Of a stretch of 64,000 bases of DNA, positions 30,049 through 40,226 are shown piece by piece (position 1 is the first letter of the stretch; each line of letters begins with the position of its first letter). This stretch comes from Candidatus Thorarchaeota archaeon (lineage in GTDB: Archaea; Asgardarchaeota; Thorarchaeia; Thorarchaeales; Thorarchaeaceae): NCBI GenBank assembly GCA_046482545.1, contig JAWOEX010000023.1:590-64589 (forward strand), read 5' to 3'. The translations under genes were made by a program, and so were the position numbers. The notes under the pieces are model-generated. The model was given only the letters and a program-made list of their open reading frames with translations. It was not told where the DNA came from and searched no databases.

Positions 30049-30147
30049 TTGTCCACACCAATCGCGCACTATTTTTCGGCTTACTTCCTTATTTCCAGTA
30101 TCAAGTCGTGGATATCTCTTGAGCATTTGATACGCTGGGATGCTCTG

Positions 30148-32856
30148 TTAGATTTCCAGCTTCTTCTTCTCTTGGGTCAAAGCCTGCGCTTCTTCCATTG
30201 CAGATTCGTAGACATCAATCGGGAAGTTGTCATGCAAAGGTGATATTTTTGCGCCGGCATAAACTGCTCCGTAGAATCGCTTAGCCAACCACCCAATTCC
30301 CGTCACCTTAACCATTTTCGCGGATTTTCCAAATTCTGCAAGGGTGTTCTCATCCCATGCCCCAGTTAGCCCGCTGACGAAGGAGTAGAAGTACAGTGAC
30401 GGTAAGGTAGCAATGAAGAACAGTATAGCAGACGTAATGAGATCATTTACTCCACCCCAGAATAGCTGGCTCAGAAACTCAAGCACGAGGTAGTTCGCCA
30501 CTGCAGCTAAAGCAGGTCCCACATAGCTTTGCCAGACGTAAAGTTTCGGCGCGGTTATCTTCCGCCGAATCAGTGCCCAAACTGCTAAGTTCTTGCAGAA
30601 AAGAGCAATGCTGTAAGCTGTTATGATGCCGGGCATGCCTCCGAGGTAAACCCCGTAAACTATCGGCTCATATACGACAAAGAAGATCATTCCCACCGCC
30701 CTGATGGATTGCTCAAGAATCCACACTCCAGCCGCCAAGTCTGTTCGTTCAGCTGCTGCAAACACCCAATCACCAAGCCATGACCAGAACCCCATCAACT
30801 GAAAGACTAGGAAAAACTGCAGAAGAACAGCTGCGTATGACCAAGCCTCACCCGCTGCTCCGAGTATCGCTCTAGCACCAACTGCTGCTAGGCCGGAAAT
30901 AAGCCAGAAAACAAAGAATGCACCCCATCTGAGAGCCTGAGCAGTATAAAGCTCTGTCAACTTCTCCTTTGCATGTGAATATGCTTCAGAAATTCCGCCC
31001 AACATGCTTTCCATGAAAAGGCCTACAACGCTGACAAGAATAGCTAAATCCCACGCCAGTTGGAATTGGCCTTGTAAAGCAGACCAGTTCAGCAAATTCG
31101 TACTGACAACAAGCATCTGAACAAACCAGACAATTGGAACAGCGGCTGCACCTACTGTCCACTTAGCTCCGAATTTCAAGGCTTTCTTTATCTGTTTCAT
31201 ATCGAAGTCTACCCTGAATAGCGTCCCCACATTGAAACCTAGTCGCTTGAACAGATATACCGAGACACCGAAAGTCAGCCATTCATTGAAGTACATCCCA
31301 ACAGCTTGCCCAATAGCCCCACCTAGTGCCTGTCCAAATATCGGATTCTGTGCCCCCCACCAGCGAAATACGAGAATCATGATGTAAGGCGCAGCTATGT
31401 TGAACACGGCCCAATAGAGGATGTTGATTATTTGCTGCAGGTCTATGCGGTTCATTCCTCGAAAAACATGCACAAACAAGAGACAGAACCCTGGAAACTG
31501 GAAAAGCGAATGAGCTATGAAGACATACGAAAGGTGAGCCAAGTACGTATGGGGAAACAAAATCGACCCGATAAAGGCTACCCCGGTTATCTGCACCATA
31601 CCGGTTATGAGCTGGAACCAGACGAAGATTTGGGCGTATTTGACCGCTTCCTGTGGCTGGTCTACACGGTACTCTGCGAAGTATTTGGCAAGAGCTACAG
31701 AAGTCCCGAGATCGAACACGACCCACAGTCCTTGGAAAAGGTTCACGCTGAAGCTGAACCACCCACTGGCCTGCGGAAATGGCATGATAAATCGGGGGTA
31801 GATCATGATGCTGAGGACTACACGAGGAATTACGATTAGCAGCGTGATGAAGAGCTGAATGAGAAATCCGCTGATCTGCCTGTGCATGCCGATTTCCTCC
31901 CACTCATCAATCTCGTCTTCCGTTTCGACGAGAAGCTCAGCTCGCTCGATTTCTGTTAGCACCTCTTCTTCTTCGGAACGTCGCTTCATGGTGCGATATG
32001 CGGATACGGTTGTGATGCCGAGAACCAAAACAATGATACCAATGATAATCTGCTGGGTCCTATGAGGAACAGGTGAATAGGACCAAGCGGCATAGCTCAA
32101 AGGCTGTTGGCCTGCCAGATGGGTGGCTGTTGAGTAGGTCAAATAGTTGAAGTATGGCCATAATGTAAGTTGTTCATTGATTTCATTGCCAGTTTCATCG
32201 AGTGTTAGCCAAGCGGTGAGCACTATAATCTCACCATCACCCTTCGCTGTTCGAGTCAATACCGGTGCGCCCCCAGTTTCAAAACCTGTTTCGTTGGCCA
32301 GAAGCACAGTTGTCTCTTCTGTTACTGAAGGAAGCAATGTCATCTTCTGAACTGTAGGCGCTGAAGACCAGTCAAAGCTGGTAAGGGGCGTTTCCTTAGT
32401 CATCGTCTTGATTGCAACATCAGCAGTGTCATCACTCACTTCAATCCCAGGTGTGGAGATAACACCAAGATTCTGAAGCGTAGTGCCATTTTGCGAGCTT
32501 TCAGGGCCGAGAAGATAGAGCAACCCGCCCCCATTCTCAACAAACAGTCCTACTTCTGTTGTCTCGCTACTTGTTAAAACTTGATCTGCCAAAATCAGCA
32601 CGTCAGGCGCTGATGAAAGAGCATCTATTACTGAAGAACATTCATTCACCTCAAGGCTTTCTGTATCAAGGCGAAGTGATGATACAACGCTCGGAGCAAC
32701 GTCAGCACCGACAACGGCGACTTCAACACTGTCTCCTATTTGTTCGGGACGAAAGGGGTCTGCTACTACGGACATCATAACGACCCCGGGGAGAACCATG
32801 ATTGCCGTGAACATAGCTACGATGAGTAACTTACTACCATCCATACAGAACACCAT
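30148..32856 (-). CDS. Flippase-like (MOP/polysaccharide biosynthesis) membrane protein fused to an N-terminal extracytoplasmic GATase1-like domain
   Basis: Signal peptide; soluble domain with LFVENGGGLLYLLG and GDGEIIVL; one TM; acidic linker; about 14 TM segments including FDLGTSVALAKYFAEY. Confidence 0.7.
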   Translation of the reverse strand: MVFCMDGSKLLIVAMFTAIMVLPGVVMMSVVADPFRPEQIGDSVEVAVVGADVAPSVVSSLRLDTESLEVNECSSVIDALSSAPDVLILADQVLTSSETTEVGLFVENGGGLLYLLGPESSQNGTTLQNLGVISTPGIEVSDDTADVAIKTMTKETPLTSFDWSSAPTVQKMTLLPSVTEETTVLLANETGFETGGAPVLTRTAKGDGEIIVLTAWLTLDETGNEINEQLTLWPYFNYLTYSTATHLAGQQPLSYAAWSYSPVPHRTQQIIIGIIVLVLGITTVSAYRTMKRRSEEEEVLTEIERAELLVETEDEIDEWEEIGMHRQISGFLIQLFITLLIVIPRVVLSIMIYPRFIMPFPQASGWFSFSVNLFQGLWVVFDLGTSVALAKYFAEYRVDQPQEAVKYAQIFVWFQLITGMVQITGVAFIGSILFPHTYLAHLSYVFIAHSLFQFPGFCLLFVHVFRGMNRIDLQQIINILYWAVFNIAAPYIMILVFRWWGAQNPIFGQALGGAIGQAVGMYFNEWLTFGVSVYLFKRLGFNVGTLFRVDFDMKQIKKALKFGAKWTVGAAAVPIVWFVQMLVVSTNLLNWSALQGQFQLAWDLAILVSVVGLFMESMLGGISEAYSHAKEKLTELYTAQALRWGAFFVFWLISGLAAVGARAILGAAGEAWSYAAVLLQFFLVFQLMGFWSWLGDWVFAAAERTDLAAGVWILEQSIRAVGMIFFVVYEPIVYGVYLGGMPGIITAYSIALFCKNLAVWALIRRKITAPKLYVWQSYVGPALAAVANYLVLEFLSQLFWGGVNDLITSAILFFIATLPSLYFYSFVSGLTGAWDENTLAEFGKSAKMVKVTGIGWLAKRFYGAVYAGAKISPLHDNFPIDVYESAMEEAQALTQEKKKLEI

Positions 32857-32958
32857 GAAGGGTACCTAGGGTTATGGTAGGATGGCATTAATATCGATGT
32901 CGGATTGTAGGGAAACAGTTATGCGTGTATCCTCGGGTGAAAAGACAAGGGTCCGGAA

Positions 32959-34230
32959 ATGAGCAATGCCGAAAACGATGAGAAATCCAATTCAAAAGAA
33001 AGATTCGGCAAAGGGCAGACTGTTGCATTGGTTTCCCTTGTAGTGGTTGCATTTCTCGCCATAACGAAAGCGGCTGTAGGATTTCTCTATGGTAGCATTG
33101 CATTGCTCGCTGATGCCGTTAATTCATTCTCAGACATCTTGGCTTCAGGACTCGTTTGGTCAGGTCTTACTCTATCTCAGAAAGAACCAACGGAAAGATT
33201 TCCGTATGGCTACTACCGAGCAGAAACCCTAGCCTCTCTAGTCGTTTCTGCGCTGATTATATTCTCAGGAGTCGAAATACTCTGGGAGGCAGTAAGAAAT
33301 ATTCGCGCTCCTATTGCTGTTCCACTTGCGATTCCTCCCCTTGCGGCAGCTGCTCTATCAATGATACTATACTACGCCCTGTTCAGATACAAGAAACAAG
33401 TTGGTTCGGAGATAGATAGCAAAGGCCTCGTTGCTGATGCGAAGCATTCGCTTGCGGATGTAGCTAGTGGTTTCATAGTATTCATCGGCATCTTGCTCTC
33501 CGGTGTAGGATATCCCATAGCAGAAGTAGTCGTCGCTATCCTAGTTGGAATTATCGTAGTCAAAGAAGGTTTTTCTCAAGCCAAAGATGCTGTTCTATAT
33601 CTTATGGACGCGTGCCTTAGTCCCGAGATGGTTTCGGAAATGCGAGACATTGCAACTAAAGTAAAGGGCATCACTGACGTTCATGATGTGCGGTTACGCC
33701 AAGCAGGTCCAGTCTATTTTGGTGAAATGCACATTACTGTGAACAGGAACCTCAGCATCAAGCAAGCTCATGTGTTGGCTGACAAAGCAGAAGCAAAGAT
33801 AATGGCAAACACCGAGAACTTAGAAAACGTTACCATTCATATCGATCCGACCGAAGAATCGGTGCACCATATTGGAGTACCTGTTCTAGAACAAAACGGC
33901 CTTAGTTCAAAATTGTCTCCTCATTTTGCCAAGGCCCCCTATTTCATGATTATCGTTCTGAAAAATGAGAATATTGAGAGCACAATTTTTATCGAAAATC
34001 CAGGACAGAACTTAGACCGAAGAAGAGGAATCAAGGCAGTAGAAACTCTGGATGAACAGGATGTTGATACAATCATGTGCAATGAGCTTGGGGAAGGTAC
34101 GTATGAACTGCTTACGGCCAAGGGTGTGGAGCTATACCAAATTCCTGCCAACAAAAGCACAGTACGGGAAGTGCTGAATTTGTTTTTGGGAGGTAATCTC
34201 CAGCAGATGAAAGTGCTGAATAGTCAGTAG
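32959..34230 (+). CDS. Cation diffusion facilitator transporter with C-terminal NifX/FeMo-cofactor-binding-like domain
   Basis: SIALLADAVNS, FPYGYYRAE, ADAKHSLAD, HIDP; C-terminal SPHFAKAPYF. Confidence 0.9.
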   Translation: MSNAENDEKSNSKERFGKGQTVALVSLVVVAFLAITKAAVGFLYGSIALLADAVNSFSDILASGLVWSGLTLSQKEPTERFPYGYYRAETLASLVVSALIIFSGVEILWEAVRNIRAPIAVPLAIPPLAAAALSMILYYALFRYKKQVGSEIDSKGLVADAKHSLADVASGFIVFIGILLSGVGYPIAEVVVAILVGIIVVKEGFSQAKDAVLYLMDACLSPEMVSEMRDIATKVKGITDVHDVRLRQAGPVYFGEMHITVNRNLSIKQAHVLADKAEAKIMANTENLENVTIHIDPTEESVHHIGVPVLEQNGLSSKLSPHFAKAPYFMIIVLKNENIESTIFIENPGQNLDRRRGIKAVETLDEQDVDTIMCNELGEGTYELLTAKGVELYQIPANKSTVREVLNLFLGGNLQQMKVLNSQ

Positions 34231-34474
34231 TATCCGGCATTCACTTTCATTCTTCATCTTGCTTCTTCTTGCTCCTTCCAATCACTGCAAACTGGCAGTT
34301 CACGATTAGGAAATGCTAGTTCTTCGTGAATGGCGCGGTTGTCAGTGCTATTTGATTTCACGTTGTTCTGGCGGTACTATTGCTGGCTACATTAAGGGGC
34401 ACAATCGTGGTAATCCCTTCCAGAAACGCGAATTTGAGTAAGAAATAAATAAGCCTCCTCAAGCGGCTGTTTGC

Positions 34475-35080
34475 ATGACACGCATCGGGGTTCTGATATC
34501 AGGAAGGGGTACAAACCTTCAGGCCCTCATCGATGCCCAGAAACGCGGAGATTTTGATGGGCAGATTGCCATTGTGATTAGTAATAAGAGCAAAGCTGAG
34601 GGCTTGAAACGTGCTGATCGAGCGGGAATCAAGACAAGGATAATCACGAAAAAGGACTATCCAGTTCGAGAAGAACATGATCGAGCGGTCATTCAAGTTC
34701 TTAAAGAGCACGATGTAAATCTTGTCGTACTAGCAGGATACATGAGAATTCTGTCACCGTTCTTCTGCCAAGAGTACAAGCACAGGATGATTAATGTGCA
34801 TCCCTCACTTCTTCCCGCTTTCAAGGGCGTGAAGGCCCAGTGGCAGGCAGTAGAATACGGAGTCAAGGTCTCCGGATGTACCACACATTTTGTCGAGCCT
34901 GATGTCGATGCAGGGGCAATTATTCTACAGACTCCCGTTAAGGTCCGTCAGAACGACACAGGAGAGACCCTTGCAGCGAGGATTCTACCAGAAGAGCATC
35001 GAATACTTGTCGAGAGTGTGAAGCTGTTCTGTGCAGACCAGTTGACAGTTGATGGGAGAATTGTAAAAATCAAGGAGTGA
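34475..35080 (+). CDS. purN: Phosphoribosylglycinamide formyltransferase
   Basis: ISGRGTNLQAL, LAGYMRIL, NVHPSLLP, GCTTHFV..DVDAG. Confidence 0.96.
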   Translation: MTRIGVLISGRGTNLQALIDAQKRGDFDGQIAIVISNKSKAEGLKRADRAGIKTRIITKKDYPVREEHDRAVIQVLKEHDVNLVVLAGYMRILSPFFCQEYKHRMINVHPSLLPAFKGVKAQWQAVEYGVKVSGCTTHFVEPDVDAGAIILQTPVKVRQNDTGETLAARILPEEHRILVESVKLFCADQLTVDGRIVKIKE

Positions 35081-35086
35081 GGAGGT

Positions 35087-36484
35087 TTGTGTGGTGTTCT
35101 CGGTATTCTTGGCAATTATGAGCTGACCGCCTCGAAGGAGCTTTTGCTGCTCCTTGCACACCGTGGACAAGATGCCTCCGGGTTGCTCTGGAAAGAGAAT
35201 GAAGGATTCGGACAATCCAAGTCAATGGGAAGTCCTTCACAGATACTTGTTCCTGAAGAAACCTCGAACTTCTTGTTGGGTAGCACAAGGTATCCCACAT
35301 CAGGACGAAGAGTGTGTTCTGAGAATGACCTCGAAGATTTCGTGGCCCCATTCCAGAGGGGCGAAGTAGCCATTACGCATAACGGGAATATCACAAATCT
35401 TCGTCAGTTAACAGAAAAGGAATACCGATGCGATACCCAGTTCATATGCGATAGGCTTCATAATCATCTCAGTCATACCGAAGGTAACCTTCCGGAAGCC
35501 TTCTCCCGACTTGTAGATGAAATTGATGGCGCGTACAGCCTAGTTGGAATGTACGACGGAATACTATTTGCATTTCGAGATTCTCGAGGGATAAAGCCGC
35601 TTGTGTTTGGAAGATCAGAAACACACACAGTCATCGCTTCTGAGAGCATGGTTCTCGACATGGCTGGAGTTGGGCTTGAGAGGGATGTGTATCCAGGAGA
35701 GTTACTGCTGTTTGGTACAAATCAATCGATGCAATCGTATGCTATAACGCAACATGATTACCACTCCCATTGCTTCTTTGAGTACGTCTATTTCGCAAAT
35801 CCAGCTGCCAGAATTCAGAACCAACTTGTGTATGACGTCCGCTTCAGATTGGGGAGAGCCCTAGCCAAATCGTTCATGAAACTAGCGCTTGAAAAACCGG
35901 ATTACGTAGTCCCCGTACCGGACACTAGTCGCCCGGCAGCTCAGGCACTTGCAGAGGAGCTCGAGGTACCAATGAGAGAAATAATCCTCAAGAATAGATA
36001 CCTTGGGCGCACATTCATCGCACAGTCTCAGAACATGAGAAATTTAATGGCTCGGTACAAGTACATCTACCTTGATGACAAAATTCGGGGGAAGACCATC
36101 TTGGTAGTGGATGATAGCATTGTGAGGGGCACAACTGCTAAGATGATTGTTGCAGACTTGAAGCAACGTGGTGCAAGGAACGTCTACTTCGCCGTAACCT
36201 GCCCACCCCAGAAGCATCCGTGTTATTATGGAATCGATATTTCAACTTCGAGCGAGTTGATAGCCTCCAATGCGAATCAGGATGAAATCCGTGAATTCGT
36301 AGATGCTGACGCTCTCATCTACCAAGATATGGATGGGCTCATCAATGCAATTGGAATCCACGATATGTGCTTAGCCTGTCTCGACGGGCACTACCCTACA
36401 GAATATGCGAATAAGATTCAGCGGGCGGTCAAGGAAAAGGAAGGAGCAGAAGGAATCAGGGATTACGAGAGGATTATAGAATGA
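35087..36484 (+). CDS. purF: Amidophosphoribosyltransferase
   Basis: N-terminal MCG, HRGQD, HNGNI, CFFEYVYFA, VDDSIVRGTT, C-terminal Fe-S cysteines. Confidence 0.96.
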   Translation: MCGVLGILGNYELTASKELLLLLAHRGQDASGLLWKENEGFGQSKSMGSPSQILVPEETSNFLLGSTRYPTSGRRVCSENDLEDFVAPFQRGEVAITHNGNITNLRQLTEKEYRCDTQFICDRLHNHLSHTEGNLPEAFSRLVDEIDGAYSLVGMYDGILFAFRDSRGIKPLVFGRSETHTVIASESMVLDMAGVGLERDVYPGELLLFGTNQSMQSYAITQHDYHSHCFFEYVYFANPAARIQNQLVYDVRFRLGRALAKSFMKLALEKPDYVVPVPDTSRPAAQALAEELEVPMREIILKNRYLGRTFIAQSQNMRNLMARYKYIYLDDKIRGKTILVVDDSIVRGTTAKMIVADLKQRGARNVYFAVTCPPQKHPCYYGIDISTSSELIASNANQDEIREFVDADALIYQDMDGLINAIGIHDMCLACLDGHYPTEYANKIQRAVKEKEGAEGIRDYERIIE

Positions 36485-37434
36485 AGATTGGCACAATCGC
36501 AAGTCATAGTGCCCTCAACATTATCTCAGGTGCACGAGCGGAGGGATTTGAGACAGTATTACTTTGCACACCTGAGAGGAGAGAGTTCTACAGTACATTC
36601 GGTCTGTCGGATAGTATTCTAGAAATCTCAAGCTTTGATGAGATTCTGGAGATGAACCTTTCAGACACTATAATGATTCCACATGGCTCCTTCGTTGCGT
36701 ACATTGGTGCAAATCGAATTCTTGAATCTAATCTACGTTTGTTTGGCAGTAAAGAGTTACTGCGTTGGGAAGAGGACAGGCAGCTCAAATCCAATCTTAT
36801 GAAAGCAGCCGGGTTTCAAGTTCCCAGAGAGTTCTCTCATGTCGATGAAATCGATTGTCCTGTTATAGTAAAGACCCACGGGGCAGCTGGAGGAGAGGGT
36901 TATTTCATCGCAAAGGATAAACAGGAAGTACTTGCGAAACAAGACTCCGAGACTCAGTACACGATGCAGGAGTTTATCGTGGGCACGAAGATCTTCGTTA
37001 CCTACTTCAACTCATTCGCTCGGGAGCGACTGGAGATCTTTGGGGTGGATATCCGGTATGAAACAGACGCAGATGCCAATCTAAGATTCAATGATAAGCC
37101 TTCATTCGTCGTTGTTGGTAATCTACCCATGGTGCTAAGAGAGTCGACGCTTTCAAAATATTATAGAATGGGAAAGGACTTCTTGGACGCTTTTCGCGAC
37201 CTGACAGGAAAGGAGCTGCCAGGGCCATTCTGTATTGAGACCATTATAGACAAAGAGCAACAAATCTACACTTTTGAGTTCAGCGGGCGAATTGTCGCGG
37301 GCACAAATGTTTGGATACCAAACTCGCCCTATAGCTATGTGATGTTCAATGAACCCATGTGGATGGGGAAAAGAATAGCTCGCGAGATTAGGGAATTACA
37401 GGACGAGGATTCTCTTGATGAGGCGATTCAATGA
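36481..37434 (+). CDS. purP: FAICAR synthetase PurP (ATP-grasp)
   Basis: SHSAL, IPHGSFVAY, GPFCIE, RIVAGTN. Confidence 0.9.
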   Translation: MKIGTIASHSALNIISGARAEGFETVLLCTPERREFYSTFGLSDSILEISSFDEILEMNLSDTIMIPHGSFVAYIGANRILESNLRLFGSKELLRWEEDRQLKSNLMKAAGFQVPREFSHVDEIDCPVIVKTHGAAGGEGYFIAKDKQEVLAKQDSETQYTMQEFIVGTKIFVTYFNSFARERLEIFGVDIRYETDADANLRFNDKPSFVVVGNLPMVLRESTLSKYYRMGKDFLDAFRDLTGKELPGPFCIETIIDKEQQIYTFEFSGRIVAGTNVWIPNSPYSYVMFNEPMWMGKRIAREIRELQDEDSLDEAIQ

Positions 37435-38504
37435 AACTGCCTACTATTGGAATGATTGGCTCACACAGTGCAGAGGAAATAGCAACATCAGCAAAATCAA
37501 GCGGTTTTGAAACAGTGGTAGTCTGTCAGAAGGGAAGAGAGCGGCTCTATAGCCATCATGACAGGTATCTCTACGATACCGTAATTGTGCTCGATAAATT
37601 TGCAGATATGGTTAATGATGATATCCAGGACCAACTACGGGAATTGGACACTCTGTGGATTCCTAATCGTTCGTTCTCGGTGTATGTGGGTTATGACAAT
37701 ATCGAGGAACGATTTAACATTCCCATGTACGGGAACAGGCATATCTTGAGAGTTGAAGAACGAGGGCTAGAACGCGACCAGTACTGGCTCATGGAAGAAT
37801 CGGGTATTAGAATACCGAAGATGATAGATCCTCACGATATAGATAGGCTTGTGATCGTCAAGGTTCAACAGAAAGAGCGCCCTCTAGAACGAGCCTTCTT
37901 CTACGCTAGTTCTACTGAAGAATATGAGAAGAAGAGTCAAGAGATGGTAAAAAGGGGGGTTATATCTGAAGATGATCTTGAAGATGCCACTGTCGAGGAG
38001 TTCATTCTTGCACCGCGGTTCAATGCGAACTTCCAAGCTTATACTATGACGGCCCATTATGGTGACCTCGATCTCGTAGGATTTGACGACAGAATCCAGA
38101 CCAATCTGAGTGGACTATTGAATCTCCCAGCAAGGGATCAGCTCGGGCTAGACGTTCCCATAGTCAATGAGGAGGTTGGCCATAAAGGGGTCACCATGCG
38201 GGAGAGTAAGAAGCCCTTAGTCTATGCTGCTGCAGAGAAACTCCTACAAGGAGTGAAAGAGCATTTTCCACCAGGGATGATAGGACTATTTGCACTTCAA
38301 GGAGCATTGACAACTGAATCAGAGTTTGTTGTTTTTGATCTGAGCCCGAGAGTACCTGGATCCCCATGTGTAGGTCCCACGAGCCCAGAAATGAGGCGTC
38401 TCTCTGTCAAAATGGGGAGGGATATCCATAGTCCATTGGATCTCTGCATGATTGATATTGAAACTGCGGCAAGAGAAGGCCGTCTGGATGAAATCTATAC
38501 ATAA
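37431..38504 (+). CDS. PurP-like ATP-grasp protein (second subfamily)
   Basis: GSHSA, IPNRSFSVYVG, LERAFF, DRIQTN, SPRVPGSP. Confidence 0.88.
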   Translation: MKLPTIGMIGSHSAEEIATSAKSSGFETVVVCQKGRERLYSHHDRYLYDTVIVLDKFADMVNDDIQDQLRELDTLWIPNRSFSVYVGYDNIEERFNIPMYGNRHILRVEERGLERDQYWLMEESGIRIPKMIDPHDIDRLVIVKVQQKERPLERAFFYASSTEEYEKKSQEMVKRGVISEDDLEDATVEEFILAPRFNANFQAYTMTAHYGDLDLVGFDDRIQTNLSGLLNLPARDQLGLDVPIVNEEVGHKGVTMRESKKPLVYAAAEKLLQGVKEHFPPGMIGLFALQGALTTESEFVVFDLSPRVPGSPCVGPTSPEMRRLSVKMGRDIHSPLDLCMIDIETAAREGRLDEIYT

Positions 38505-38513
38505 TTACTAACG

Positions 38514-39530
38514 ATGACGAGTGGCGGACGAGATATGAAAACACAAAAAGGAAATGGAGCAAATTTGGAAATCATTGCCGAAGGGAAGGTCAAACGAATC
38601 TTTGCCGACCCTGATTCTGCTGATAAGATAATAATCGAATTCACCGACAGAATCACAGCCGGCGATGGCGAGAAGAGGAAGATTGTTGAAGGAAAAGGAA
38701 AAGTGGCATGCATTACATCCCAGTTTCTCCTGAACTATCTTGCAAACAAGGGAATTGCAACTCATCTCATAAAGCAACTTGATGATACTATACTTCTATG
38801 CCACAAAGTGGATATATTTCCACTTGAAGTCGTATGTAGAAATGTCGCTGCAGGTTCATTCTGTAGGAGGTACGGAATAAAAAGAGGGAAACACCTTCAG
38901 AGACCTTTCGTCGAGTTCTTCCTCAAAGATGATAGCCTCAATGATCCGCTATTGTCAACCGAAAGCATCCAAGCGTTGTGCATTGCTACTGATGAAGAAA
39001 TTGCCTTCATGCAGGTGGTCACCCTCTCGGTCAACTACTATCTAGGAGAGCTCTTGAGTCAGGTTGGACTACATCTCGTCGATTTCAAACTTGAGTTTGG
39101 CAAGACTGAAGATGGCGCAATTCTGCTCGCGGATGAAATCTCGGGAGACACCATTAGGGTGTGGAATAAGGAAGAGGGTTCCTTGGACAAGGACATCTTC
39201 AGGGAAGATAAAGGGAAAGTTATGCATGCTTACAATAAATTACTGGAAATACTCAAAGACACCAGTGCAGAAGATGTATCTACCAGAACAGAAACGCTCT
39301 CGGTTCTGGTTCTGCCCAAGGATGGAATCAAGAATCCTCCGGGAGATGTCACTAAGAAAGCCATGATAAGACTCGGATTCAAAGATGTGGTTGATGTTCG
39401 TGCTGGGCGAGTCTACCGAATTAGTGTTGACCGTCCTATTAATCCAGCCCTCTTAGAAGATCTCCGAGAAATGAACGTGAAGCTTCTCTCTAATCCAATC
39501 GCTGAGAAGACAGAATTGAGGCTAATATAA
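38514..39530 (+). CDS. purC: Fused SAICAR synthetase (PurC) and FGAM synthetase subunit PurS
   Basis: PurC motifs EGKVK, PLEVVCRN.AAGS, DFKLEFG, LADEISGDT, LDKDIFR. From ~39291, PurS motifs VLPKDGIKNPPG, LGF..V.DVRAG, LLSNPI.E. Confidence 0.9.
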   Translation: MTSGGRDMKTQKGNGANLEIIAEGKVKRIFADPDSADKIIIEFTDRITAGDGEKRKIVEGKGKVACITSQFLLNYLANKGIATHLIKQLDDTILLCHKVDIFPLEVVCRNVAAGSFCRRYGIKRGKHLQRPFVEFFLKDDSLNDPLLSTESIQALCIATDEEIAFMQVVTLSVNYYLGELLSQVGLHLVDFKLEFGKTEDGAILLADEISGDTIRVWNKEEGSLDKDIFREDKGKVMHAYNKLLEILKDTSAEDVSTRTETLSVLVLPKDGIKNPPGDVTKKAMIRLGFKDVVDVRAGRVYRISVDRPINPALLEDLREMNVKLLSNPIAEKTELRLI

Positions 39531-40226
39531 TTGGCAATCGCAGTCTTACGGTTTCCCGGGACGAATAATGAGCATGACGTGATGCGAGCACTTGATAGGG
39601 TCTCGGGTGCCGATCCATTTCTAGTTCCAAGTCGTTTAGGTCGGAGCGCACTTGATGGTGCGGATGGTGTAGTTATCCCTGGAGGTTTCTCATACGGAGA
39701 CTACCTCCGGGCGGGTGCTGTTGCTGCCGCGGGTGACATTATAGAAGGTGTGAACGAATTAATCGAAGAGGATAAGCCAGTCGTTGGCATATGTAATGGA
39801 TTTCAAATCTTAGCAGAATCAAAGCATCTGCCGGGAGCTCTCCTCACCAACGAATCTGCACATTTCATTTGTAAATGGACCTATCTGAAAGTCTCTGAAG
39901 ATGCAACGCGTTTCACCCGAGGTCTTGAAAATACAATTATTCGGATACCGATTGCTCATATGCTCGGAAACTACTACTGCACAAGTGAGGAACTCGATAA
40001 GCTCGTATCAGAGAAACAGATTGTCTTCAGATACTGTGACAAGGAAGGTAATGTTTCCGACAAGACGAACCCCAATGGATCAACCATGAACATTGCTGGG
40101 ATAGTGAACAAGAGAGGAAATGTGCTTGGAATGATGCCTCACCCCGAACGAGCTTCTAGAAGTATTCTTGGCTCCCGTGACGGATTGCTGATACTTGAGA
40201 ACTTTGTGAGGGATTCAATATGCTGA
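39531..40226 (+). CDS. purQ: FGAM synthetase glutaminase subunit
   Basis: FPGTN, GGFSYGDYLRAG, GICNGFQ, GMMPHPER. Confidence 0.96.
   Translation: MAIAVLRFPGTNNEHDVMRALDRVSGADPFLVPSRLGRSALDGADGVVIPGGFSYGDYLRAGAVAAAGDIIEGVNELIEEDKPVVGICNGFQILAESKHLPGALLTNESAHFICKWTYLKVSEDATRFTRGLENTIIRIPIAHMLGNYYCTSEELDKLVSEKQIVFRYCDKEGNVSDKTNPNGSTMNIAGIVNKRGNVLGMMPHPERASRSILGSRDGLLILENFVRDSIC

Noticed and set aside
34231-34474. Possible purine or ZTP riboswitch upstream of purN
   Set aside because: Only scattered short stems and no riboswitch consensus; a TATA-like element near 34445 suggests a nearly leaderless transcript.
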